A DNA stretch of 64,000 nucleotides from Ancylonema sp. (Eukaryota). A program made the position numbers and the translations under genes. Under the pieces are notes generated by a model that saw only the letters and a program-made list of their open reading frames with translations, was not told the origin of the DNA and searched no databases. Of this stretch, positions 11,899 to 24,505 are shown piece by piece (the stretch's first letter is position 1; every line of letters begins with the position of its first letter). Where the stretch lies: positions 1 to 64,000 of the forward strand of contig JBFLGF010000064.1 of NCBI GenBank assembly GCA_050230475.1. Reading direction: 5' to 3'.

Positions 11899-12307
11899 TT
11901 TTTGATGTGAGTAAAGTGACGGCGGACGCCCAACAAATGTTGAGGTCAGGGAGGGGAAGGAGCCGCCTCATCATGATGGGAGCACAAGTGCTTGTTGCAA
12001 ATTGCTAATCTAGATACAATACATAGTACTAAACTAGATTTTGTACACAGTGACATTGTATTTGGAGACCCAAGGATTCAATTGAATTATAACGTGCTGG
12101 TACAATAGTTGTAGTACTCGGCTACTTTTTAACATCCTTCTAATGTTTTAATATTGTTGGAAGATTGATAACAAGCAAAGAAAGACATGCTAAAGTGTAT
12201 CACTTCTTTTGACCACCTTATTGTATCCCACATGGGTTTGTGCATTTTTGCAATATGAGTGGACGTGGTATTAATCTATGGGTAGATGGAAATTTGTCTT
12301 GCAACTG

Positions 12308-13335
12308 TGACGTGCCAGATGGGATCGATAGGGTAAATGGGCATCGATGACGTAATCAGCTGATGTATGTACGTCATAATGGAGATGATCGACATGAAGT
12401 GATGAATGTCGATATCGTAGATGTTGTAAATGTAAGGTTCATCTGCTGTGACTAAGGAGTTTGGCACGCTTGAGTCGCGGCAGTGATCGTAAACGATCAC
12501 CGAAATGTTGGCAAAAACGGTAACTTGACTCGTTACTCTCTCGCTGCGGGCAAGTAGACAATGCTATCGACACTCTGAGGATTTCTAAAAGAGTGTGATG
12601 CAATACAATAACTAAGTAAGAACACGATAGCTATCGGTCAGCGATCAGCTATGTATGTGTAAGTCTTAATTGCTTGTAATCTGCAGCAAAGGACTTTGAG
12701 TCTGCAAACTGAGCGTGGCTATGACTTGCGTTGTGTAAATGAGCACAAAGGGTAATTCGCGAAAGCGAAGTAAATAGACTGAAGCACGATGGGCGACAAT
12801 TCGGATGTGCAAGCAGCAATGACAATAACTCACACTATGTAAGCAAACAGATTGCAAGGCAAAGCACAGTAGATAGAGATACAATTACACGAGAGGCAAG
12901 ATTGGAATGCAAGTCTCTTCAGCGTTAGATTCAGCGAAAGCTGAATTCTGAGTTCGAAGTACAATGGTTTTATTCAAACTCTATAGACGACGCTAAACGC
13001 GTGTCGATCTACAATTCAATCTCAATATTCGTCGCGCGCGCAAATGTCTTATCTACAATCTCAAGCGTCAGATATTCATCGACGGCTAACAATTATCACA
13101 AGTCATCACAAGTTGATTGCTGACTAGTTACAAAGTGCCACGTCGGATCAATGACTAATCAAATATGGTGTGGGGCGCGGGCTAGCAACTTGGAGCTCGG
13201 GGAAATCGACGAGCGGGGCGGAAGATGTAGCGAGGCGGAACTCTTAATATGGCGCGGCGCGGACGTGATTTATCATAGGGAGAGATTTAGTAGATATTAG
13301 GGGTAAAATAGCTAACGATCTCAGACATCGTGACA
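12308..13335 (-). mobile_element. Solo LTR related to the Gypsy LTRs at 43723 and 57688
   Basis: Minus strand reads TGTCACGATGTCTGAGATCGTTAG...CACGTCA. Flanked by the direct repeat ACTG (12304-12307, 13336-13339). The start resembles TGTCATGCCGCTAGAGATTGTTAG (43723) and TGTCATGACGCTAGAGATCGCTAA (57688, minus). Confidence 0.7.
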
Positions 13336-16300
13336 ACTGTAACCCACGACGAGATAAGTGGTATATATATTTCGAGACCGTCATTCCAACACAAAGTGTG
13401 TTTCATAGACAACTTCAGCTACACATATAACGCAAAATTGAACACATGGTAGGGACATGGTAGGGACCTTGCTTCCTATATCTTCCTATGGCTTGTTGTT
13501 GAATATGTGACAAGCATGACCTTGTCTATAACTTTTTCCACTTGAGGAAGATTTAATACTATGCTTGCGCCCGTATCAAATTTGTTGATTCTGTCATGAT
13601 GACGCACTTTCGGCGGAAATTGAAGTACATGTTAGACCGGGTGTGCGTTGTGTAGAGGTATTTTGATTTCCTCACATAGAATGTTTACTTAGAATTCAAG
13701 TTGATCTATTGAGAAGGACATTACAATCGTCATGCTCTTCAAAAATCCATCTTGCAATCCCATCTCTCCGTTTTGAATGAGATGTTGGCATGACCGCAAC
13801 CAGCTTGGGCCGTGTCCAACTGGCATCGCACTCACATGTATGTGCAGGCCAAATCATGAGAATACGAAGTTCTCCACCATGTGCTTCTGTGCTTTATCAT
13901 TGAATTTGCAAAGGTACGCAAGAAAACAACCCCTACTTGAAGGTTTAAACATGTGACAAGTTATTTACATGGAAAGAATTTCCGAAACATGTTGTATAAC
14001 ATGTGAAATGTGGGACAGTTCTAAATTTAACAAATTATATTGAATGACGCAACACGATGATATTATGCGCGCGACAATTTTTGTAATCACGTGCAATGAC
14101 TCCTTGGGAGTGAATTAATGACACGACACGATTTTTTGGGAGTGAATTAATGCCACGACTTTTTTTCGTATGCCTATATCACAATCGCTTTGCTCCCAGA
14201 CTGAACCATAGTCCTACCAGCCATAGTCGTATTGGGGTTTGAAGAGAATCCGGACAAACTAGTTTCTTCGAACGTGGTCTTTTGTGCTTCATATCGTGGG
14301 AGTCAACGTGGGGTGGGGAATCCGAAATGTTTCGTGAAGTACAAATCTATCTTACGGTGTTTCTTATATCGGGGTTTTTATGCATCACAAACACTTGATA
14401 GTATTAAGCGTTTGCTCTCTTGTATTAAGTTAATACAAGAGAGCACGCCTAGAGTGATGATGTGCGTTTGGTTTTTTTTCACAATTGAGTACAATTTCCC
14501 GCTCAACGTCACGCGGGTGTCAAAATTAGTATTCCTCCCTTATGTAGTAGCCTAGGAGCGCCACTCGCGTCCCAAACGCGTATTAAACGCGCTCGCAAAT
14601 CCTCTAGGCGTTGCGGACCTATACACAACACGTTACCCCCCGTAACACCCGCATTTCGATGTCGCGGTACGTACCCCGCGTGTATAGAGCGCGATCGGAC
14701 TACACGCGCTCGCGAGTCTTTCGAACAGTGCGGACCAACCATACGATTCAATGCGTAAAATATCATTTTCGCTCAAATCTGGGAATAAAGTACAAAAACC
14801 CTATACTTTCGCATGCATCCTTACTAAATGTTATTTCGTGGGTGCAAAAAATTAAACAATGTACAGAAGAAGAAGAGGGAAATATATATGAAAAAACAAA
14901 AGCAGGTTTTTTGTGGATCTTAGGAGACCCAAGTAGATAAGTTTAGTTGCGAGTTGTCTAACTAAGGCGCATAAGTTAACATTCTATAAGCGGAGAAAAT
15001 TGATTGAGCTGATTACACCGACTTCAACTTCGTTTGTTCCCGTATGCGACGTCCATATCATCCTTGGAGATGTACAATTTCAGAAATTCGGATTTGGATA
15101 ATTCGTTTAAGGTGTGGGTGAGTAGCAAATTCCAAATATCTTGTGCGCTCAAAGAATAATACGTGAACCCAAGTAAGGTGCGAACATTTTTTTCTTACAA
15201 CGTATGTTCCTTGTTTAAATCACGTTTTGAGATCAAAAGCGAAAACAAGTTTCACTAAGGAAAACCATGAGTGACCATGTCATATGAGTTACTTTTCCAC
15301 TCTGGTCGCCATCTCAATAATAATGTAAATAATGTATGGGCTTTTGTCATATCCAATGACTAGTCTCCGACAATTGAACATTCATTTCATGTCAATGTGA
15401 ACTACTTTGGTGTCTTGTGCCCTTGCCAAAAATACAACAGAAAACTTTTTCGAGACGTTTTATGTCAGCGATCCGTTTGTCAATATGCCGATGAATATCA
15501 TGTGCAAGAAGTATGCCAAATCTTCAAGATGTCTAGTTTTACCCTAATTTCTTACTAATCGACAAAAGAGGTCTTCTCTGGGCTGTATCATACCACTGCA
15601 GGTCCGCGACTGAACTTCAATGGCGACCTGAAAAACTGACAATAATGAAGAAAATAGAGACTTAGACAAAATAGTATATCTTTGATCCCAGGACCGTTCA
15701 TTCATATGCCTATGTGTCTATGTCCGAACCGTTCCTTTATGTTGCCTAGAGGAAGTTGCCTTGGCATCATCAACGGGCCACATAAGTATTACAATTGGAA
15801 GATTCCGAACTCGACCATTGTGATCAGCGTTAATTTTCAACCTAGAAAAGATGTGTCTCATGCATTATTAACACTATCAAGGCTTACCCTTCATTATATT
15901 TTGAGCCTTAATAATTATCGACGGAATTTTCGGGGCCTAAAAACGCAACCGTAATGTATGTTTGCCCCGCTGACATCTGCAGTACGCAACGGGAAGCGGT
16001 GCGAAATTCGATTCCCGTATGCCAGAAGAGACGACGATCTGTCTACTCATACTCGTATGTAAGCAAGGCGCCATAGGACAGCGAAGTTTAACTTCATGTG
16101 TGGCGAGGCAAACCGACGCGCCGACTTGTCGTGCGCTGACTCATCAGTAACTGGGTGCAATTTCCAGCTGAGGTCGCTAGCGTCTGACGCTTAACTTGCT
16201 ACCGACACTAAAACAACGTGCAGATAAAAGCTCAGAGAGTCCTGGCAACCAGGAACGATGTGAATTTTCCGGATTGTCATGTTGGCCGTATTTCCAGCCT

Positions 16301-16421
16301 CGTGGGTATCGAAATCTAGGCTCGTAAATCATTTCCCAACCAGCTCCCGTTCTTTCCCCGTGCTTCACGCCAACCTTCCATTTTCCTCAGTCCACTGAAA
16401 TTTGAATTTTATATTTCTACT

Positions 16422-16557
16422 ATGAAAAGCGTGACGGGGACAGCTTCGTCGGGGTTCGGACTGTTGCGGATCTCGTTTGCTGTGACTCTCGCGTCCGCTC
16501 TACTCGCCCTCAGTCTGCTCTACTCCATATCAATGCCGTCGCTACCCTTGCCCGATG
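16422..16557 (+). CDS. Possible first exon (signal anchor) of the downstream O-fucosyltransferase-family gene
   Basis: MKSVTGTASSGFGLLRISFAVTLASALLALSLLYSISMPSLPLPD is a type II membrane anchor followed by a GTAATG donor. Linkage to 19360 is inferred only. Confidence 0.3.
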
Positions 16558-17517
16558 GTAATGACTTATCCGTTTATGATGGTAACTCCTCCGTAGAAAC
16601 AAATGAAATCTATAAATGAAATCTCAAAAACACTCTGGATTATTTGCAGTCCGGATGGTTGCGAACTTCGATTATCCCTGAGTGCCTCAATTTCCTGTTC
16701 ACATAAGCAAAGCCTCTCCAGCTTGCTTACTCAAATCTAAGGTCATGTTAAGTGCACAATTGGTAGCTCTACATTGATCGGCACAAAAGAAACCTTTCAG
16801 CAACGATAGGAAATGAATTTTATAGGTATTGGGATGGGATAATAAGAAAATAATGGGAAAATAATGGGCTGCCGCGACATATCTACCCTTAATATGAAAG
16901 CCCTTTCAGAAGTAACCAGGGTTAGATTTTCTTTCTTACGTACATTTTGGCCGTCAGACATTTTATACTTTATCTCTCATTGTTTCTAAAGTAACAGATG
17001 ACTAAATCAGATGACTACCTTACACCCAATAACGGTAAATTATCCGTGTGACACCATTATTTTTACATCATTATTCTGCGATTTTTGTTGTCTTAGGATT
17101 GAATAATATGAAGTATGATAATATAAAAAATCATCTGCAGTTTTTTAAATAACCTCATGGTCTGTTTTAATTCCCAAAGCACACATGTTTTCGTCATATA
17201 ATTATGACACGTGTCTTATGCTTTCAATATAGACCTGGCACCTGCTTTGACCTCATACTCATGTTAGCCTCATTCTCATTGAATAATGAACCCCCCCTGA
17301 CTGCGATATGTCCTGCTTCAATATCCCTTCTAAACTGCATCGCTCAACAAATTAAACTTAATATTAATATATGAATATGAATATTAAAATAGACTTGGAA
17401 TCATTAAACTGGAATACTGGTTGCACTTTCACAACTTCATAGTTGCCTGGTCATCTCGCTCCAACAACAATCAAAAATCATATAAAAATATAATTACATA
17501 TAAAATATATGTAATAT

Positions 17518-17520
<3 letters not shown>

Positions 17521-17570
<50 letters not shown>
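17521..17570. repeat. (TA)n microsatellite
   Basis: Direct reading. Confidence 0.98.
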
Positions 17571-17574
<4 letters not shown>

Positions 17575-19359
17575 TAAAAATCATATATTCCCAAGGCTAT
17601 GTACTGAGAGAACGTTGACTGTGAACATATATACCCTAATACTCACTTTACAGGCATTGACGAGTTTAAGCATATCTGAAAGCACCTTGGCATGTCATGC
17701 TAGGATTGCACCTCGAAATTCAGCGAATTGGGCAAAATCATGTCGCACATGATCCATGATTTCTTCGGGATCATAAGAAAGGGAGTCGTTGACAGGTAGA
17801 AAAGGGAATCGCAGACTGCTGACTGCTCAGGTGTGTGTTATGCACACGAACACATCAGCTCATACTCAGCGTGCGTTGTCCCATATGGATGTGTATTATA
17901 TGTAAGTGAATATATTTACATGTTTCATTTGTGAATATTTATATACGTCATTTACATCATCTGTATTTGGTAAGTATGGTAAAAGAGTGTGCGTCTTTAT
18001 ACCTACGCCGTTATCAATATCCTCAGCGCTTCAAAGTAATCATGAAGCAAGGACAGTATGCACCATCAGAACAAGTCAAACAAGTCAAACACTTAATATA
18101 TACTGTTTTCTCAAACACAAAAACCCCATTCTCGATCCCTACTCTCACTCCCATTCTCACCTCTCCTCCCCCCCCCCTTCCCCAATCCCCCCCCCTCCTC
18201 CCCCTCCGGATCCAGCCTCCCACCCCGAACCCTTCAACCCCTCCCACGCTCCCCACGCCCCCCACGCCCGCGCCCCCGCCCTCGCATGCACCCCCGACTG
18301 GCGCTACCCCGTGGAGAAGTCCGGGCTCACGGACGTGCTCATCGACGGAGTGTGCGAGGGGAACCCCCGGGGGGCACCCCCGGCGACCCAACGGTGGGGG
18401 CCCCAGGGGCCGGGGGACGCCCACCTGCGGGGGGAAGAGAGGCATGAGTCCCTGGATAGCACAGCGTGTGGGGAGGACATGGGGGAGACGTCGCACCCTA
18501 TGGTGAGGGTGGGGGGGGGGGGGGTTGGGGTGGGGGGGAAGGGCGGGTAGGGGGGGTGGAAGGGGTGGGAGTGGGAGGTTGAACCAGAAGGGGAAGGAAG
18601 GGAGGGAGGGAGGGGGGGGGGAGTGGGGGGGGAGGGAGTAGGGGTCAGAATGGTAAGGTTGGGGGGGGGGTGGAGGCGGTTGGGAGGTGGTGGGGAGGGG
18701 ATGCTAGTGATAGGAAGGGGGGGAAGACGGGAGGGGCTTGGGATTTGAGGCGGAAATTTATGTAAGGGCATAGAGAAGGGCAGGGCAGGGTTAATTTTTT
18801 GAAGGCATAGTTTCAGCTGAGCCTGAGTTTGAGTGGAAGCTTCTGAGATAATGAGAAGGGCCATTTCTAGAATGTGCTAATGTATATTGGAAGTTGGAAG
18901 GGGGGTGGAGGATAAGGGTTAGGGAGTTAGGCTTTAAAAGGGGAGTAAGGCTGCAATGTGAAATCCAGGCAGAGGTTTGGAGGGGCTTATCTTTGGGATA
19001 GGGTTTTGGAGTACCATGTAGCAAAATATAGGGTTAAGGTCCCAACTCTGGATAGGTCGGGCCACAATGAGGGGGGTTCTTGTGTGGGGGGGTTGGGGGG
19101 TGGGGGGGAAGGGCGGGTAGACAGTGTTGATACGGGTAGTGTGTGGGTAGGGGGTTGGGGGTTTGGAATCCGGAGGGTGATCAGGCTCAATATGTTGTGG
19201 GCAACCCTCCAAACGTTGTTGTGTTCTTGTGACCTTATGTTTTGCCACGTGTCAACGTCACTCCGTGCCACGTATCCGCCACGTGTCCGCCACGTGTCCA
19301 CTCGTAAGTGAGTCGGATTCCTCATTGACGGAGACCCCGTTGACCTCGTTGACTTGCAG

Positions 19360-20526
19360 AGCGACGAGGAGTTCCGTTCGGCGAAATTCATGGCGGTTAT
19401 CCGGATGCCCGACGAGCAGCTCTCCAAGGCGCGAATGCATTTCTCCGAGATGGTAGCGCTGGCAAAAGCCTTGAAGCGGGTGTTGGTTTTGCCGCGGGTG
19501 GGAATGAGCACGATCGGGATGAATCTCCCCCTCCCCTACTGCGCCTACTTCGACGCGAAGCTTCTCGGAAAGTACGTGAGGTGGGTGACGTACGAGTACC
19601 ACGTGAGGATGACGAGGCGGCTCGAGAGCGTGCCAAGCGTCCAGTTCCTGTGCCTCCGCGACAAGATTTGGAACTGCGATTGGGATGCAATAGAGACAAA
19701 GGTGTGGTTTTGGGCCATCACGCACGGGCAGAGCCCCCAAGAAGACAACTTTGTGCAGAGCTGTCTCGAAAACGACGTCAAGTGTTTGGCGGACAAGGGG
19801 CACGGGATAAGGGAACCGATGACCCGAGAAGCGGTCATCCATTTGTTCGGTGCCGCTAAGCTGCGAGTGGTCGGTAAAGTTTCATGGTTCGAGGTGGGAC
19901 CGAAAGTGTTTTTGGATATCAATGTCACAAAGGCCCTCAAGTACATTGCGTTTGCACCGCAATTAGAGGCGAAAGCGGATGCCCTGATTGGCGGTTTGGG
20001 TCCGCACTGGGCGGCGGTGCATATGAGGTTCGAGAAGATATGCGTCATCTGGCTAGACTATGGCCAGAAAGCGGAAACGTTGGACGTTCGGGCGGAGAAG
20101 TGCGGCAGAAGTTTCTTGAATCTGGTGCAGAGTATGAGGGAGGAGAGGAACATCACTAGTTTGTATGTTTCGAGTGACGTGTCGTTGGTGACCCTCAATC
20201 CGTACATGAGTCTTGGGGAGCAGTGCGAAAACGCGATCAAGCCCGTGGCGAAGTCGATAGTGGAGTCGCAAAATTTAGTTTCGTTAGAGATGCTAGCGCC
20301 GGATTTGGTGGATGTGGACCACGGGATACAAGGCGTGGTGTCCAAAATAATATGTCAGAAGTCGGAAATGTTTTTATCGGGGGCGTTCGAATGCGGAGGA
20401 ACACATTCATATGAGCGAGAGATATGTGAGGGCAGAGTCGCAAGGGGGATCACCGCACCGGTAGTTAGATGGCCATACGAAAAACAAAAAAACCTCACGG
20501 AAGTCGAGGGGGGAATGCAGAGATAG
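19360..20526 (+). CDS. O-fucosyltransferase-family (O-FucT, GT-B) glycosyltransferase, catalytic terminal exon
   Basis: Open 390-aa frame with EQLSKARMHF..LAKALKRVLVLP, WAAVHMRFEK, LYVSSD and IICQKSEMFLSG motifs. Candidate acceptor TTGCAG ends at 19359. Confidence 0.8.
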   Translation, partial: SDEEFRSAKFMAVIRMPDEQLSKARMHFSEMVALAKALKRVLVLPRVGMSTIGMNLPLPYCAYFDAKLLGKYVRWVTYEYHVRMTRRLESVPSVQFLCLRDKIWNCDWDAIETKVWFWAITHGQSPQEDNFVQSCLENDVKCLADKGHGIREPMTREAVIHLFGAAKLRVVGKVSWFEVGPKVFLDINVTKALKYIAFAPQLEAKADALIGGLGPHWAAVHMRFEKICVIWLDYGQKAETLDVRAEKCGRSFLNLVQSMREERNITSLYVSSDVSLVTLNPYMSLGEQCENAIKPVAKSIVESQNLVSLEMLAPDLVDVDHGIQGVVSKIICQKSEMFLSGAFECGGTHSYEREICEGRVARGITAPVVRWPYEKQKNLTEVEGGMQR

Positions 20527-20895
20527 GTGTTACCTTATAAGTTGTTGGTGTTCATTATTAGTTTGCATTTGACTCAATTTTGTAAGGCCTTTAGCCAACT
20601 TTCTCTTTAAAATACTTGAGATACAATTTGGAAGCCATTGCCGCTTTTGTTATTCAACTCATTCCTTCACGCTTCATGGAGCAAGGGTGGTCAAGCATAA
20701 GAACATACATAGTTCAAATATATTGCATGGACGCATGGCACTCGCCAAAATGCATGTGCAGAAGCGGTAGAATTTAAAGGAGTGATTGGATTAATTGGGT
20801 TTATAGTTTTGGTTGTACATTTAGCCAACTACGCCGTAAGTAAGAATTTCCTTGAATGTACGGAATGCTATGCAATGCAATGCAATGTGCATAAT

Positions 20896-21324
20896 TGTTA
20901 GGAATGGTATGGGACTCCTAGCAAACTATGTTGCAAGTGCACACACAAGGCAATGGAAAAATTAGCCGATAGGATGGAGGCTAATGAGCCGATGATCAAA
21001 TGGTTTGGTTGATATGGTAGGCACAAAAAGGTGCAAGTACATGAGTTGATAGGAATGCTCTAAAGGCATTCCTGTAGACTAGATATAGTGAAAGTCGACT
21101 CTCACAACTATAATCAAGATGTGGGATAACTAGAACTCGTTATAAGAACAAAGTGGAAAGCTAAGGGTCAGGACTCGATATAAGGACAAAGTCGCTAGGG
21201 GCACACATATCACTATAAAGGGACAAAACTCGCTATCGCTAGTAGCGCTCTAGTGCTAAGTGTGGGAGCCTCGCTAGGGAGCCCTAGTGACTGTAGCGAG
21301 GGTCCTAACAGTACCCCCCCCTAA
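20896..21324 (-). mobile_element. Orphan 3' LTR (TGTTAGGA...TCCTAACA) with adjacent PPT
   Basis: 8-bp inverted termini at 20896 and 21310; PPT TTAGGGGGGGGTAC on the minus strand at 21311-21324. Homologous inverted copy at ~58460-58651. Confidence 0.8.
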
Positions 21325-21708
21325 TCATGTGTCCATAACACAAAGAATGTACACTCTTGGACGATAGAACCACGTACATTGTGTGTGGGAAAGAATTATA
21401 AAAACATATTTTGACACATGCAAGCATGTATGTACATACTACCCATAGTTTCCGGGCATGTCCGGGATTTTCTGGACATGTCCGGGGTTCTCCGGACACA
21501 TGACCTCTCCCCCCCGCGCGCGTCAATTTATGCAGCAGAGTTACGTGTGGTAGCTTGGTTCCCCTCGAGTGTGCGGAACCTTGGTGTTTCAAAAATTGCC
21601 GTTACTTAATAATTACTTAATAGATGTTTAGTTTTCCTTCGTTGTAGTGAGATGGGGTTCCCATCGCGCTTCCGTTATATTTCTTTCTCTTTTCCTCTAG
21701 ACAAATCT

Positions 21709-21810
21709 ACTATATCGAGGGTATTTCTGTACAGAAATAGAACTCGGCAGGATTCTGGCCGAGAGCTCTACGATATCGAGGGTCAGTCACTATATCGAGG
21801 TGAGACTGCA
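21709..21810. mobile_element. Right end of a pogo/Tc1-mariner-like MITE
   Basis: Three ATATCGAGG subterminal motifs ending TATATCGAGGTGAGACTG. Confidence 0.4.
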
Positions 21811-21913
21811 TTTGGTTAACAAGTGAACCAAATGTGAAGTTGTTGATGTCGGCTCAGCTTACGTCCCGGCATAGCCATCTTCGGTAGAGAGGTCCTGTCG
21901 CGGGCTTGATGAC

Positions 21914-24505
21914 ATGGCGTCACGACTCGTGCGGAGAGACACTTAGAACCAAGCAATACTGCTCGTCCGTCAGGCTTTACGACTCTCCGTCGCGCCTTTG
22001 CCGACATCTCCACTTTCTCCCAACCAGATCAGAGCAGACGACCGAGATGTACGGTATCGATTCGTACAGTCGGAATCTTTTCTGAATTCCTTGTCCCCCT
22101 CGCTATCATGCACTTCTTCAATTCTAGTAGGCGCTGTTGACGTCATCAAATCAGCAGGCCATTTCAAACGACAGTTCGGAAGCGCATCAGACGTCAGCAC
22201 ATCGGCGTCTGAAGAAAGCGATGTCAGCGCCGGTATTCGACTGACAGATGCGTGCGTGCAGGTCAGTCCCGAACATCGATTCCTTATCCCTGAGAAAAAA
22301 TCCCACCTTACCCCAATATACCAATTGAGCCCGACCCTCCCCCTCAGACTATTCCTCAGCTTCTAAATTCATTGTCCTTCTAACCGGATTAATGAGTTCG
22401 GAATGAATAAATGTCGGAGACTTCCACGTGTACTTCACGTGCACACGTTACTTACCTTTACGAGATGAATGAACGAAATGGTTTAGAAATGACACGATCT
22501 CCTAGGGAAAATCCATATGTCATTATGTCTTCTTCAGTTCCCCCCCCACCTCCCTCTCCGAAGGTAATTCTTCTCTTCTTCTCAATTCTAACCCTACCAC
22601 AGGCAACCACAGGAAACTGTGGACTCACACTCTCCTGCTTAAAGATATTGGTAGACTCTGTGCTTTCTGTGGTTGTCGAGTACACTTCGGAGAGTCACCC
22701 TGGTTACCCTGGTTACCCTGGTTACCCTGGCTACCCTGGAACCCGCAGTAGGCATAGGCACGAAACTACTTTCGGTAGAAGAAAAGTGGCTGTAGTCACG
22801 AGTTTGCAACCATCCACACTCCGTGGTTAGAAAGTCCCTGGCTTATTTTCGGGTTTGGGGTTCAGAGGATACGCGAATTGAAGGATCAGGAAGGGGGCGA
22901 GTCGGATGTAGTGCTCAGATTGGCCGTGGAGGGCGGGGGATGCTCTGGATTCCAGTACTCGTTCTCTATTGACGAACACAGAAAGGAAGACGACAGGTGT
23001 GTGACTCTGGTAATCCTTTGCAGCCTTTTTTTTTTTGTAGTTTGGTTTTGAGAAGAATCCGTTATGGCTGTGGGTGCATTGTAGGATGTATGGCAATTTT
23101 TTTTGGGGGATCGGATTCAGGTTTTGTGATGTCGAAACGTGAGGTTTCTGTTGTAGGGAAGGTTTGGTCCAAGAGTGCATGTGTGTTTCATATCACCAAC
23201 TTCGTTATATCGAGGGAGGGTGCGCACTGGAGGGTGCCGCTAGAGTTTGTCTCCGTTTTTTACACAATGAAACGAAATTTTTATGTATCGGATTCCGAAT
23301 ATGGATTATCGATTTATCTATCAATAATCATCGATTTTCCACTAACGAACATCGAATATTGAATGAAAAATTTAAACTTTTGGGAACTTGGGTAGCGCCA
23401 GTTTTTTAAGCAAAAAAAGCTAATTTTGATACCAGTAAAGAATGTTTTGTGAAGCTTGTTGCCCAACACTCTTGAAACAACAACTAGTACAAGGGGGGGA
23501 GAATGGGGGAGAATATACTTACCTTCTTCTCTTTTTCTTCTCTGGATCTTGTAGTTTTCCAACCCTATTCCAACCCTATTCCAACCTTCTTCTTCTCCTT
23601 CTCCCTCTTTTCTCTTGTGACGAGTGTTAGGGTTTTTGAGAAGGACGGCGCACGTCTTTTTGTGGACGAAATGTCCTTCCCGTTTGTGGCCGGAGCCACG
23701 GTGGACTTTTCGGAAGAGCTCAGTCGCTCCTCCTTCCAAGTAGGGTTTGAACTCTTTGGGCTATTTAGGCTCTTTGGGCTCTTTGGGCTCTTTGGGCGAT
23801 GCTTATAGTCAACCACTATAGTGAAGCCGATGGATAGTATCGACTTCTAGGGAAGTGGGTACCCGTATATAGGGGTTTTGTTAACGAATGGGTGGCGCAT
23901 GCCTCGCACATACATTTATTGGATAGCGTGCATCACATTTCCAACATCACATTCCTACATCACATTTTCACATCACATTTTCACATCACATTGTTTTTTC
24001 TTGGAATTGCGTGTTAGAAGAAGATAACATTGAACTGTGTTGAGTGATTGCGGGCCCTCAACCCGTGCGTACATTACTGTGTTCCTAGTCCATGTATGTG
24101 TGCTATGTTATGTATGTATTGCTGTATGTTTTGAAGATCGGACATATGACGTCCTTCAAGCTCGACTTGTTCGACTTTATCGTGTTTAACTGCAATGTTT
24201 GAGCTTGACAAGCAAGTTACATGTTTTGGTGGTGGAGGTGCCACACGCTCTAAGTGGCTCAAGAAGCTAGCTAAAAGCACGATATGTTTTTGGCCATGTG
24301 GACTCTTGACAACTCATTTGTTTGTGGAATTGCAAGATTGTGAAATTGTGGATGATGGCAACATAGTTTGATATTGAAGTTGTGGCCCTATAATCGTATA
24401 ATTCATTGACGCGATGGGATTGCTTTATGTTTGTTTGAGCAGGTCATTGAAAATCCGAACTCATCTTCTTCGTGTGGATGCGGGGCTTCCTTCACGGCAA
24501 AGTGA
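21914..24505 (+). CDS. ISCA2: Iron-sulfur cluster assembly protein, IscA/HesB family (mitochondrial ISCA2-type), 4 exons; start uncertain
   Basis: Exons ?-22261 (GIRLTDACVQ), 22866-22996 (LAVEGGGCSGFQYSF), 23631-23739 (VFEKDGARLFVDEMSFPFVAGATVDFSEEL) and 24443-24505 (NPNSSSSCGCGASFTAK*). GT-AG introns with consistent phases; all three Cys ligands present. Confidence 0.9.

Noticed and set aside
17906..19311. Overlapping Pro/Gly-rich ORFs
   Set aside because: Produced by poly-C/poly-G low-complexity sequence; no domain recognised.
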